From contig OY970325.1 in NCBI GenBank assembly GCA_963717145.1, forward strand, positions 2,464,001-2,528,000: 64,000 bases of DNA, in the 5' to 3' direction. The notes under the pieces were generated by a model. That model ran no database searches and was not told the origin of the DNA. It saw only the letters and a program-made list of their open reading frames with translations. Every line of letters starts with the position of its first letter. Position 1 is the stretch's first letter. The translations under genes and the position numbers were made by a program. Shown in pieces: positions 1 through 18,243 of this stretch. This stretch comes from an uncultured Armatimonadetes bacterium (GTDB lineage: Bacteria; Armatimonadota; UBA5829; DTJY01).

Positions 1-434
1 ACCTTGTAGAAATCAGCGCCGAGGCGATCCATCTTGTTGACGAACGCCATCCGCGGAACTTTGTACTTGTTCGCTTGCCGCCATACTGTCTCCGACTGCG
101 GCTGGACTCCGCCGACCGCGCAGAAGATCGCGATGAAGCCGTCGAGCACGCGCATCGACCGCTCGACCTCGACCGTGAAGTCGACGTGCCCGGGCGTGTC
201 TATAATGTTGATGGTGTGCTCGTTCCATAGACAGGTGGTTGCCGCCGAGGTGATCGTGATGCCCCTCTCCTGCTCCTGCTCCATCCAGTCCATGGTAGCG
301 GTGCCGTCGTGCACCTCTCCCATTCTGTGGATCTTGCCGGTGTAGAAAAGCATACGCTCGGTAGTTGTTGTCTTACCGGCGTCGATGTGGGCGGCGATCC
401 CAATATTACGAGTTTTCTCTAATCCTGTTGCCAA
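1..434 (-). CDS. fusA: Elongation factor G, 5' part (runs off the window)
   Basis: Manual translation from TTG at 434: [26 protein letters not shown]...[13 protein letters not shown]...DTPGHVDF...NKMD; follows rpsG. Confidence 0.97.
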   Translation of the reverse strand, partial: MATGLEKTRNIGIAAHIDAGKTTTTERMLFYTGKIHRMGEVHDGTATMDWMEQEQERGITITSAATTCLWNEHTINIIDTPGHVDFTVEVERSMRVLDGFIAIFCAVGGVQPQSETVWRQANKYKVPRMAFVNKMDRLGADFYK

Positions 435-442
435 ATCGACTA

Positions 443-928
<486 letters not shown>

Positions 929-1300
929 TTACTTGGGCCGCTTGGCGCCGTACTTGGAGCGGCTGGTCTTTCGATCGCGTGTCCCAGCCGTATCCAGGGT
1001 GCCGCGCACGATATGGTAACGTACACCTGGCAGATCTTTCACTCTACCGCCGCGCACCAGCACGACTGAGTGCTCCTGCAGGTTGTGGCCGATACCGGGT
1101 ATGTACGCGGTGACCTCGATGCCGTTGGTAAGCCTGACCTTCGCTACTTTTCGCAACGCAGAGTTCGGCTTCTTGGGCGGGAGAGTCTTGACCACAAGGC
1201 ACACTCCGCGCTTCTGCGGAGTCCCCTTGAGAGCAGGCGCTGCCGCTCTCTTCTTGACTTTCTGCCGCCCTTTTCGCACCAACTGATTGATTGTCGGCAT
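929..1300 (-). CDS. rpsL: 30S ribosomal protein S12
   Basis: [31 protein letters not shown]. Confidence 0.99.
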   Translation of the reverse strand: MPTINQLVRKGRQKVKKRAAAPALKGTPQKRGVCLVVKTLPPKKPNSALRKVAKVRLTNGIEVTAYIPGIGHNLQEHSVVLVRGGRVKDLPGVRYHIVRGTLDTAGTRDRKTSRSKYGAKRPK

Positions 1301-1329
1301 AGCGTTCCTTCCTTTGTGCTTTCCCTATA

Positions 1330-1366
1330 CAACAAAAGTGCCCCTCGAACGCACTCTAGGGGCACT
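1330..1366 (-). terminator. Intrinsic terminator-like hairpin inside the rpsL 5' leader
   Basis: 9-bp stem AGTGCCCCT/AGGGGCACT (1337-1345/1358-1366) followed on the minus strand by TTTGTT. Confidence 0.65.
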
Positions 1367-1550
1367 AAGACATACTATCGCTGTCATTGGTTATTGCAAC
1401 AGTCTGTATGCGGAGGTGGTATTTCCTCTCGTCGCCCCCTTTATGAAACGCGGCCCAACTCGGGTTTTCAGGCAGGCACCCAACAGACTTACCTGCCTGC
1501 AGGGTAGACCAGTCGCCCTCGTCACCGCGAAAGTGCGTTCGAACCTACAC

Positions 1551-1579
1551 AGTATACTGAATGACTCCGCTTTTGTCAA
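1551..1579 (-). promoter_or_regulatory. Sigma70-type promoter of the str operon
   Basis: TTGACA-17 nt-TATACT on the minus strand. Confidence 0.8.
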
Positions 1580-1655
1580 GACGGGCATTCTGTTCTTTTT
1601 CGTGAAAAGTTGGTCACCTCACCTTAACAGCAGTCTGTGACCAAACAAACTCATC

Positions 1656-10162
<8,507 letters not shown>

Positions 10163-10192
10163 CTATCCCTCCTCAGTCAGGCACGAAGTCTT

Positions 10193-10221
10193 ATTCTAGC
10201 AGTATCCGAGGAGTTTGTCAA
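10193..10221 (-). promoter_or_regulatory. Sigma70-type promoter upstream of rpoB
   Basis: TTGACA-17 nt-TAGAAT with TG extended -10. Confidence 0.75.
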
Positions 10222-10270
10222 ACTTTGGAGGAAAAGCGAGAAGTTTTTTTCGGGGAGGCGTGATCGTCCG

Positions 10271-10369
10271 CCGCAGCCCCCTCAGTTGTTGGGGCCGGAC
10301 CTTAGTTGTTGGGGCGGGAGTTCAACTCCCGCCCCAACAACTGAGGGGCAACAACTAAGGGGGCTGCGG
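10271..10369. repeat. Nested palindrome with GGGAGTTCAACTCCC core (REP-like)
   Basis: Inner 23-bp arms 10300-10322/10324-10346 and outer 20-bp arms 10271-10290/10350-10369, one mismatch each; core shared with 45395-45492. Confidence 0.8.
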
Positions 10370-10441
10370 TCGGTAATCTGAGATGCTTCGGCAGCATGAT
10401 AAGGGGCGCTGCCGAAGCATCGGACTGGCTCAGGCCGGCCG

Positions 10442-10819
10442 CTACTTGATCTCGACTGAGGCGCCCTCGGCCTCGAGCTTGGCCTTGATCGCCTCCGCGT
10501 CTTCCTTGTTGAGGCCCTGCTTGACCGGCTGCGGAGCTGACTCGACAAGGTCCTTGGCTTCCTTGAGTCCGAGGCTGGTAAGCTCGCGCACGACCTTGAT
10601 GACCTGAATCTTCTTCTCGCCGGCCCCGGTCAGGATGACGTCGAACGAGGTCTGCTCCTCCACTTCCTCGGCGGGAGCAGCGCCCGCCGCGGGACCTGCG
10701 GCCATGGGAGCGACTGCGCTCACGCCATACTTCTCCTGGAGAGCCTTCACGAGTTCGTTCAGCTCCAGGACCGTCAAACCATCGATGGTGTCTATGATCT
10801 TCTCAACTTTGTCTGCCAT
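10442..10819 (-). CDS. rplL: 50S ribosomal protein L7/L12
   Basis: [31 protein letters not shown]. Confidence 0.99.
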   Translation of the reverse strand: MADKVEKIIDTIDGLTVLELNELVKALQEKYGVSAVAPMAAGPAAGAAPAEEVEEQTSFDVILTGAGEKKIQVIKVVRELTSLGLKEAKDLVESAPQPVKQGLNKEDAEAIKAKLEAEGASVEIK

Positions 10820-10875
10820 TGCTTATGTTTCCTCCAGATGTGAAATGTGTAGTGCTCGCCCACAATCGGGCCTAT

Positions 10876-11394
10876 CTAAGCGGTCTTCTTTTCGGCTACG
10901 CCCTGCAGCGTGTAAACCAGGTTGGAGACCACGCCCTGCAATGTGCCCACGAGTCCCGTGATCGGCGACTGCACGGATCCAACCAGCATGGCGATCAACT
11001 GATCGCGCGGCGGAACCTTCGACAGGGCCGTAACGTCAGTCGGGCCGTAGAACCGGCCGTCCAGATATCCACCCTTGATGCTCAGGGTCTTGTGGTCCTT
11101 CATGAAGTCCACGATGGTCTTGGCCGGGGCGATCGGATCGTCATGTACGAATGCTATGGCGGTCGGGCCTGCCATAGTGCCGATGAGGTCCGGATCGTCG
11201 ATGCCCTCCGCCGCGCGCTTGAGCAGGGTGTTCTTGACGACCTTGTACTCGGCGCCGACAGCTCCCAGGTTGCGTCGGAGCAACGATATGGCACTCACGC
11301 TGAGGCCTCGATAGTCGGTGAGGTACATGGCCGTCGAACTCTCGATATCCGCTTTCAGTTCGCTGACCCGCTCCACCTTGTCTTCTCTTGGCAA
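10876..11394 (-). CDS. rplJ: 50S ribosomal protein L10
   Basis: DYRGLSV, VVKNTLLKRA, GPTAIAF; TTG start 8 nt after GGAGG. Confidence 0.98.
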   Translation of the reverse strand: MPREDKVERVSELKADIESSTAMYLTDYRGLSVSAISLLRRNLGAVGAEYKVVKNTLLKRAAEGIDDPDLIGTMAGPTAIAFVHDDPIAPAKTIVDFMKDHKTLSIKGGYLDGRFYGPTDVTALSKVPPRDQLIAMLVGSVQSPITGLVGTLQGVVSNLVYTLQGVAEKKTA

Positions 11395-11428
11395 TTCACT
11401 CACCTCCCTTTGTGCCTAAGCTCTCGGT

Positions 11429-11499
11429 GATGTCATTCTGAGCGAAGCGAAGAATCTCTCTCCTCGCCCGAGATTCTTCGCTTCGCTCAGAATGACATC
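11429..11499. repeat. Perfect 30-bp inverted repeat (GTCATTCTGAGCGAAGCGAAGAATCT type) in the rplJ leader
   Basis: Arms 11429-11458 and 11470-11499, 11-nt loop. Confidence 0.9.
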
Positions 11500-11512
11500 T
11501 ACCAGACAAATG

Positions 11513-11660
11513 AAAAAGGGACCTCCGTAGACACCGGGGATCCCTTGAAAAAGCTGATCTGCCGACAGACACATCTCTGTCGGTATGCTCCCGAGCCTCG
11601 GCGGGCGGGTTCTCTGAACCCCTTAAGTCCCGAAGGACACCTGCTGTCTACGGCATATTC
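11513..11660 (-). ncRNA. L10 ribosomal protein leader with attenuator
   Basis: CCGUAGACAGCAGG...UUAA...CCGCCGAGG motif; distal UGUCUACGG complement sits in a GC hairpin followed by a U-run (11513-11546); directly upstream of rplJ. Confidence 0.85.
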
Positions 11661-11680
11661 CTTATGCAGTTACGCCGGAT

Positions 11681-11710
11681 ATGCTACCACACTCCGGCCG
11701 GATCTGTCAA
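11681..11710 (-). promoter_or_regulatory. Probable promoter of rplJ-rplL
   Basis: TTGACA-18 nt-TAGCAT with TG extension. Confidence 0.6.
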
Positions 11711-11748
11711 CGTCCGAACCTGTCCGATCGGCCGGACGGGTTCGGACG
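11711..11748 (-). terminator. Hairpin after the secretin gene (possible terminator, no U-tract)
   Basis: 16-bp stem CGTCCGAACCTGTCCG/CGGACGGGTTCGGACG, 7 nt after the stop codon. Confidence 0.5.
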
Positions 11749-11755
11749 AGACTGG

Positions 11756-13381
11756 TTACAGTGCGATTCCGACTCCCGATCCTGCTGTTGATCGCTCCGG
11801 CACTATGGTCGGGGTCAGGAAGATCAGAAGCTCCCTGTCCTCAGTGCTCTTGGTAACGCTCCTGAACAGAGGGCCAATGAGCGGAAGGTCTCCGAGCAGC
11901 GGGATCTTGGTGACGCCGTTGTTCTCGGTCTTACGGATGATTCCGCCGACGACGATCGTCTCGCCATTCATGACGCGCCGGGTGGTGGTCAAGGACTGCT
12001 GGTTCACGGCGGGCAACTGACTGCTCCCGTCCGGGGCGCTGAACATTTCACCCTGATCGGATACCTGTGGCTGAAGGGTGACGGTGATCGATTCGTCGCC
12101 GTTGATCCTGGGCAGCACCATCAGCATGCTCGAGATGCTCAGCATGTTCACTGTCTGAGTCGTCTGCGTATTACCGGTTCCATAGTAGCCGGACGAGGTC
12201 CAGTACGGTATCTGTTTCTGTATCTGTATCGTCGCAGGCTGATTGTTCAAAGTAGAGATAATCGGCGCATTGACCAGCTTAGCCTTGTTCTGGAGAACCT
12301 GGGTCCTGAGATTGGCCATGACGTTGCCATTTGCGTAGCCGAAGACCACGTTGCCGCCAGGGTTGAAGTGGGTCTCGAATACCTGGCCAAGCCGCTGGAT
12401 GCTCCAGTCGATGCCGAGGTTGGACGATTCGCTGGTGTTGATCTCGACGAACTCGGCTTTGATGCTGACCTGCCTCGGCGCGATATCCAGCTTCTTGATA
12501 AGCTCGTGCAGTTCTTCGATTCCTTCCGGCGTGCCCTTGACCAGCAGAGAGTTGTCAGCGGGATACGGCATCAGATAATCGATGCCTTCCGGCATGAGGC
12601 TCTGTGTGTTATTCGGCTGGTTCGGCTGGTTCGGATTCGTCGGGTTCGGACTTGGTGGGTTCCGCGGGTTGAACGGAGGCGGACCCTGCGCTGCTTCCCC
12701 GGATAACGTCGGCGCCCTGCCGGCCTCTCCGGTATCCCCGCCGGCCATGTCGATGAGCGGCGGAGTGCTGTCATACCGCGTGTTCATCGATGCGCCCGGC
12801 ATGTGGACGACGGGCTGAGCCGCCGCGTTGATGATGTCGAGGGCTTGCTCGGGCTTGTATGCGCCCAGCAGCCACATCATGTCCACGGGGCTGGTGTTGT
12901 GCAGCTTCAGAGAGTCGAATTTGACATCACGTCGCGCCTCTCTTGCCAGACTGCCTGCCCGGTCGAACGAGTTCGCTCCGCCATCAGTGAGCATCGGAGT
13001 CTGGTGGACGGCGCTGGATGCCTTGGGGGATTCCACCTTCGGCGAGCCGCCGACGATGTACGTTCCATCGGGCTCGCGACTCCACGTGCATCCAGCGCTC
13101 TCCACAATGTATCTGAGCGCTGTGTCAAGCGTGACATTGGTCAATGTCGCGGACACCCTGCTGCGTAGCTTGGCATCGTCTGCGATGACGATGTTCTGTC
13201 CGCTGTCTTTGGCAAGCATCCGAACGACCATAGTCAGCTCGATATCGGCAACGTCGAGCGATATGGTTCCCCCGGTAGCTTTCTGGGCCAGTGCCGTGCA
13301 GGCGATCGCCAAAACGAGGCTGAGCACGGTCACAAGCAGCGCGACTTTACCTAGTCGCTGTATGCTCATCGAATCCATCAA
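11756..13381 (-). CDS. pilQ: Secretin (PilQ/GspD family) with N-terminal STN domain
   Basis: Signal peptide; LDIAPRQVSIKAEFVE, GETIVVGG, KIPLLGDLPLIGPLF, ELLIFLTPTIV; last gene of pilMNOP cluster. Confidence 0.9.
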   Translation of the reverse strand: MMDSMSIQRLGKVALLVTVLSLVLAIACTALAQKATGGTISLDVADIELTMVVRMLAKDSGQNIVIADDAKLRSRVSATLTNVTLDTALRYIVESAGCTWSREPDGTYIVGGSPKVESPKASSAVHQTPMLTDGGANSFDRAGSLAREARRDVKFDSLKLHNTSPVDMMWLLGAYKPEQALDIINAAAQPVVHMPGASMNTRYDSTPPLIDMAGGDTGEAGRAPTLSGEAAQGPPPFNPRNPPSPNPTNPNQPNQPNNTQSLMPEGIDYLMPYPADNSLLVKGTPEGIEELHELIKKLDIAPRQVSIKAEFVEINTSESSNLGIDWSIQRLGQVFETHFNPGGNVVFGYANGNVMANLRTQVLQNKAKLVNAPIISTLNNQPATIQIQKQIPYWTSSGYYGTGNTQTTQTVNMLSISSMLMVLPRINGDESITVTLQPQVSDQGEMFSAPDGSSQLPAVNQQSLTTTRRVMNGETIVVGGIIRKTENNGVTKIPLLGDLPLIGPLFRSVTKSTEDRELLIFLTPTIVPERSTAGSGVGIAL

Positions 13382-13436
13382 AGTTTCCTCCCCCGGACAC
13401 TAACTCGATTATGTGAAAGAGTGCCTGATATCGGTA

Positions 13437-14186
13437 CTACCATCTGCGGCCGCCGCCGCCGCCATAGCCGCCGCTCATGCCGCCGCCATAGCCACCCATG
13501 CCGCTGCTCATGCCGCCACCATAGCCGCCCATGCCGCCACCATAGCCACCCATGCCGCCGCCCATGCCGCCGCCATAGCCACCCATGCCGCCACCACCAT
13601 AGCCACCGCCGCCATAGCCGCCCATGCCGCCGCCCATCATGCCGCCGCCCATGCCGCCCATCATGCCCATGCCACCGCCCATGCCGCCATAGCCGCCGCC
13701 CATACCGCCGCTCATGCCGCCCTGGTACTGAGCGCCGAAGATCGCTCCGATCTCATTCACGTCGGCATAGTTTATGCGGATCTTCTCAAGCGATGTGCTT
13801 CTTGCGATTTCGGTGTTATCGGAGGACACCAGATCATTGGACGTCGCTGCCACGGCCTGGACTTCCTTCTTGGGGCCGATCATGTACGTATTATTCTCGC
13901 GGCGCATCGTAAGGCCCGCGCTTCGAAGAACTACCTGCAGAGCCTGATCGAACGGAACATCTGCAAGGTTCACGTTCACTACACCGGAAATGGCTCCCTC
14001 AAAAGCATAGTTTAGACCTGCCTCACGGAACAGCATATCTATTGCGGTCTTGACCGGCGTGTCCTGCAGGCTGATCGTAATGACTTTGTCAGCGGCGGAA
14101 CTCTGCTGCGCGACCGCTATTCCTCCGCTTGCCGTAAGCAATACGGCAAGGGTGATCAGAATCAGTGCACTCTGTTTCACTTTCAT
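13437..14186 (-). CDS. Secreted STN (secretin N0-like) domain protein with Gly/Met/Tyr-rich tail
   Basis: Signal peptide; ITISLQDTPVKTAIDMLF...VNLADVPFDQALQVVL; ~90-aa GGM/GGY tail; no secretin barrel. Confidence 0.8.
   Translation of the reverse strand: MKVKQSALILITLAVLLTASGGIAVAQQSSAADKVITISLQDTPVKTAIDMLFREAGLNYAFEGAISGVVNVNLADVPFDQALQVVLRSAGLTMRRENNTYMIGPKKEVQAVAATSNDLVSSDNTEIARSTSLEKIRINYADVNEIGAIFGAQYQGGMSGGMGGGYGGMGGGMGMMGGMGGGMMGGGMGGYGGGGYGGGGMGGYGGGMGGGMGGYGGGMGGYGGGMSSGMGGYGGGMSGGYGGGGGRRW
13445..13720. repeat. Coding tandem repeat (GGMGGY units)
   Basis: Imperfect repeats of gccgcccat/gccgccata. Confidence 0.9.
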
Positions 14187-14287
14187 TCCAGACTCTCCTT
14201 AAAGGCAGGTGCGCCTGCACACTGTCAGTAGTATGACGACGAAACTCGACCCTATGTTCACGGGCTTCGTTCGCCACGCAAGTATTC

Positions 14288-15097
14288 TTAGAGACCCGGC
14301 GGCGGCGGCGTCTCTTCCGGAATCTGGTTCGAACCACCGGGTCGGGGACGCGGTCTTCCGCCCGCGTTCGGAGGTGGAGGCTCGTTGCCCATGTTGCCCG
14401 AGGCGCCCTGATCCTGTGCTCCCGGAGAGCCCGCCAGATTGACGCGTATATACATCGGATGCTTCGTGTCGAGCGTGGCGAGTGTGAGCCCGCTTGGCTC
14501 GATGCTCTCCACTCGGACACGCTCATCAGGAATGATGTCTCCGGGTCTGACGACGATTGTCTTTCCGCCGCTTTCGAGAATCGCCTTGACGGTGGGGCCC
14601 CACATGATGCCTGCGACGCGCCTCATCGGCTGAGGCGGTAGAACTTCATCGGGCTCGAAGCCGGGAAGCCCGCCGTCGTTCCTCTCGACTCTGGCCGGTG
14701 CAAGGCGTATATGACTTACACCCGGCAGTATCGCGATCAGCGCATCGTTCTTCTTCGGTGGGCCCGAGTAGCCCATGAAAGGGTCCTTTCGGTAAGCCAG
14801 CATCGGCGGAACCTTGCCTGCAGCCAGTACAGCAGCGGAAGGCTGCGAGGGTGTTGCCTGTCCGGCGCCACCCTGTGCTTGCGGCCCGGCTGGTGGCGTG
14901 GCCTGAGACATATCCGGGGCGGTTGCCTGGGACATATCAGGGGTGGCCGTGTAGCTTCCCTGACTGCTGCCCCCACCGCCGATGATGCCGAACTGCTTCA
15001 GGTAGAAAAGGACCACCAGCACGAGTACGATCGCGGCAACGGCGCCGACAATCGGTGTATTCTTCTTATCGGATAGAAATGCTTTGAACTTATCCAT
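14288..15097 (-). CDS. PilP-like membrane-anchored, Pro-rich protein
   Basis: N-terminal TM helix, RKDPF motif, VAGIM...AILE...VRPGD...VESI; follows pilO. Confidence 0.7.
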   Translation of the reverse strand: MDKFKAFLSDKKNTPIVGAVAAIVLVLVVLFYLKQFGIIGGGGSSQGSYTATPDMSQATAPDMSQATPPAGPQAQGGAGQATPSQPSAAVLAAGKVPPMLAYRKDPFMGYSGPPKKNDALIAILPGVSHIRLAPARVERNDGGLPGFEPDEVLPPQPMRRVAGIMWGPTVKAILESGGKTIVVRPGDIIPDERVRVESIEPSGLTLATLDTKHPMYIRVNLAGSPGAQDQGASGNMGNEPPPPNAGGRPRPRPGGSNQIPEETPPPPGL

Positions 15098-15116
15098 CAG
15101 TGGTTCCTAGTCTATT

Positions 15117-15797
15117 CTACTGTACGGACCCCTGGCTCGCACCAGAGGAGTTGCTCGCAACTGCAGCACCGGAACTCATCTGGAACTCCGGCCCGGCTGT
15201 TCCGCTCGGCACGAGGTATACAGTAACGCCATATTCGCCGGTCATGAACGGACTGACGCCGGAGATCTTCACTGGTGTCAACTGCACCAATCGGTTGAAG
15301 TTGTTCCACCTGCGAATGTGACTCATGATGGTATGGAAATCACCCATCACCTGGAAGGTGCCGATGTCGATCGATACCACGCTGGTGCTGATCGCGTTCG
15401 GATCGGTCGGGGCTGCGGGAACCTGGACGCCGCTGAGTAGTCGCACGCCTGTCTTACGCGGCCAGCTCTGGAGCATCGGGCCGAGCACTTCCGCCTGCTC
15501 CTTCCACAGGGCGATCATGCCTTGCGGACGATCCGCAAATGTGATCGCAGGCATCTTGGCCCGCATGAACCGAGAGTACGAGGTCACCTGCCTGTTGAAC
15601 TCGTCCTTGACCTGAACCAGCTTCCTCTGATCGCTCTGCAAACGGTTGGCAACTTCAGTCGCCGCCTGGAGTTCGGTCTCGACTACGGCGATCCGCTCGT
15701 TCGCTGGTTTGATAACAAGGAAGAAGAGGCCCGCCACGACAAGGGCGCAGGCGGCGCATCCGATTATAATGACATGTATCTTTCTAAGCTTTGACAT
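15117..15797 (-). CDS. pilO: PilO-like protein
   Basis: TM helix, coiled coil, GDFHTIMSHI...FNRLV motif; synteny. Confidence 0.7.
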   Translation of the reverse strand: MSKLRKIHVIIIGCAACALVVAGLFFLVIKPANERIAVVETELQAATEVANRLQSDQRKLVQVKDEFNRQVTSYSRFMRAKMPAITFADRPQGMIALWKEQAEVLGPMLQSWPRKTGVRLLSGVQVPAAPTDPNAISTSVVSIDIGTFQVMGDFHTIMSHIRRWNNFNRLVQLTPVKISGVSPFMTGEYGVTVYLVPSGTAGPEFQMSSGAAVASNSSGASQGSVQ

Positions 15798-15824
15798 TTT
15801 TCCTAACCTACCTGCCGACGGCGA

Positions 15825-16529
15825 TTATTGGTTCGGGTTCAAACCAGGCGGCGGCGGAGTCTCAACCGGTATCTGAGAGTTTGGCGAACCGGGAGCCCCT
15901 ACAGGGGACGACGGCGAGCTGTAACTGCCCGAACTCGACCCGCTCGATCCACTGCCTCCCAGCGACGCGGGCATCGTCGGCGGATCGATAGGGCTGACCA
16001 GCGTGCATGTCACGCTGAAGTCGAAACCTGCGGCCGGGTTGCTCGGGTAGCCCGGTACAGCGGAAATCTTGACGTCGCTGAAAAGATGCCGAGCGCGATA
16101 GATATTGAGCAGATACCGTCCGCAGTCGCCCAGGCTATTTGCGTGAGCCTGTATCGTCAACTGGTTGTTGGCCGGCTCGATCGATCGGTAGAGTACCCGC
16201 TCATAGGTGTACTTGGCGAGTTCCTCGTACAGCGCGGGAAACTTGACGTTGTAGGCCATGACGGCGTTGAAGTAGTCCATCCGGTCCTTGATCGGCGGGA
16301 TCTTCGCTTCCTCGGCCTTGATGGTATTCTCGAGCGCCAGCACCTGATCCTTTCGCTGGTTCATGATGGCAAGCTGCGACTTCAAGTCGGCTTCCCTCTT
16401 GCCGAGCGTGTACCACCAGGCTACCATGCTGCCAAATACCACCATGAAGATCATGGCGAAGAGCAGAGCAGTCTGACGCACTTTGCGTCTTTCGTATATA
16501 TATGGTGGAAGGAGATTGATCTTGAGCAC
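15825..16529 (-). CDS. pilN: PilN-like protein
   Basis: N-terminal INLLP motif, TM helix, coiled coil. Confidence 0.85.
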   Translation of the reverse strand: MLKINLLPPYIYERRKVRQTALLFAMIFMVVFGSMVAWWYTLGKREADLKSQLAIMNQRKDQVLALENTIKAEEAKIPPIKDRMDYFNAVMAYNVKFPALYEELAKYTYERVLYRSIEPANNQLTIQAHANSLGDCGRYLLNIYRARHLFSDVKISAVPGYPSNPAAGFDFSVTCTLVSPIDPPTMPASLGGSGSSGSSSGSYSSPSSPVGAPGSPNSQIPVETPPPPGLNPNQ

Positions 16530-16535
16530 GGCGCG

Positions 16536-18052
16536 CTATTCTCCTATCATATCCCTGATCGCCAGGCCTATGCTGACCGGGAAGACGGCCGCTACCTCGT
16601 GCAGATAGCCCTCGGAAACGCCACGCGAGGATACGCCGATTGACGTCATCGGGTTCGCGACGACCGTAGGGATGCCCAGTTGCGATTCGAAGAACTTATC
16701 AAGGTCGGGGATCTTGGCTGTACCCCCGCAGATGATCACCTTATCGGGCTGGGTCTGGTAGCGACTCATGAAATACTCTATGGAGCGCCTGACTTCCGCG
16801 ACCAGGTCGTGCAGAACGGGCGCGATTGCATCGAATACCTGCTCATCCGCGAAAGCCGCCAGCTCGATCTCAGCGGCTTCGCCGGCTCCGCGGGTTGATC
16901 GTCCACAACCGACGCCGGCTTGGACGACATTATCAGGTCGGAAACATCGCCGACGTCTCCGGAAAGGTCGAGGCTCGGAGCTGCGGCGGCGACACCCGGC
17001 GCGGGCTCATCGTCCATGCCAAGGTCAAAGGGCAGCGCGGAGCCGGTACTGCTCGAACCGATATCGATATCAAAGGCCGGGTCCGTAGACGCGGGCGCGA
17101 CAGGTGACGCGGGCTCGCCTGCGCCCCTCGATGTGAACCCCAGCCCGGGGATGAAATCCATGTTGTCGTCGGCCTCCGCTGCTTGCGGGGAACTCGACAG
17201 ATTGATCGTTGGCGCGCCGTAGCCATCACCGAGATCGATCGCTTCCGGCTGGCCGAAGCCGAGATCGGCGTTATAGTGATCCGCCCGCTCCATCATGACT
17301 CTCGCCTGCTCGCGCTTCAACTGCTCGGCCTGGTCAAGCGTGATCTGCAATGAGTCGCTGAGCGCGCGGGTGATCGCCTTGCCGGCGATGGGAAGACTTC
17401 GCGGGAATGCGAGTAGCCCATTCTGAAATACGCTGATGTCGGTCAAGTCGTTACCGATGTTGACCAGCGCCACCGTCTGGGTATCTTCACCCATCGTGGA
17501 GGAATCGATGACTGAGCGGGATGCCGCGAGCGGCTCGACGTCTATTGCCACGGGATCGAGACCCGCCGCAAAGAGCGTTTCGACGTGGCGATTGACGAGG
17601 TCCTGCTGAGCGACTGCGAGGAGGACTTCCATGTTCTGGTCGTCCTGAGCGTCAGTTGGCTTCTCGATCGCGGCGAAGTCCATGACGACTTCATTCGCAG
17701 AGAAGGGAACGTGCCGCTCGATCTCCCATTTCATCGTCTCGGCCAGTTCCTTCTTGGTCATCTTCGGCACTTCGATGATGCGGACGACGACAGACGACTG
17801 GCCGGACACAGAAGAGACGCATCGCTTGGTCTGGATACCGCTTTCGGAAAGCAACTGGCGTATGGCGCGTCCGAGACCCTGTGGGTCCATGATGACATCA
17901 TCGGCTACTGTGCCTTCGGGTGTCGGACACACTCCCAGTGCGGTAATCTGCGGGCCGGTTTTCCCTGATCTCGCCTCTACAACTTTTATCAAACTGGAGC
18001 CGATGTCGAGACCGACAGTTGGCGCGCCCCCGGATTTCTTCTTGAATCCCAT
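16536..18052 (-). CDS. pilM: Type IV pilus assembly protein PilM (one frameshift near 16870-16950)
   Basis: VGLDIGSSLIKVVE, IERHVPF; C-terminus EVRRSIEYF...IICGGTAKI...VSIGLA in another frame. Confidence 0.92.
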
Positions 18053-18146
18053 TAATAACTCCGTCAACTGCAACCTGCGATCGCTCCCTCGGTGCAACTG
18101 CCCTGCCGGTATACGTAACCGACGGGATACCATTCGCAGGCATTAG

Positions 18147-18176
18147 ATATTATCACTTCCCGGTGGGGTTTGTCAA
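18147..18176 (-). promoter_or_regulatory. Probable internal promoter for pilMNOP-secretin
   Basis: TTGACA followed by GATAAT (16 nt spacer) or TGaTAATAT (18 nt spacer). Confidence 0.6.
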
Positions 18177-18243
18177 CGATCTCGGCAAGAAGGAAGCTCA
18201 TTGGAGAGACCATCGCCTCAACCCTCCAGCGGTGTTTCTGCGA

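Noticed and set aside
13413-14015. Plus-strand Ala/His-rich and Arg/Cys-rich ORFs
   Set aside because: Antisense shadows of the GGM/GGY repeat gene
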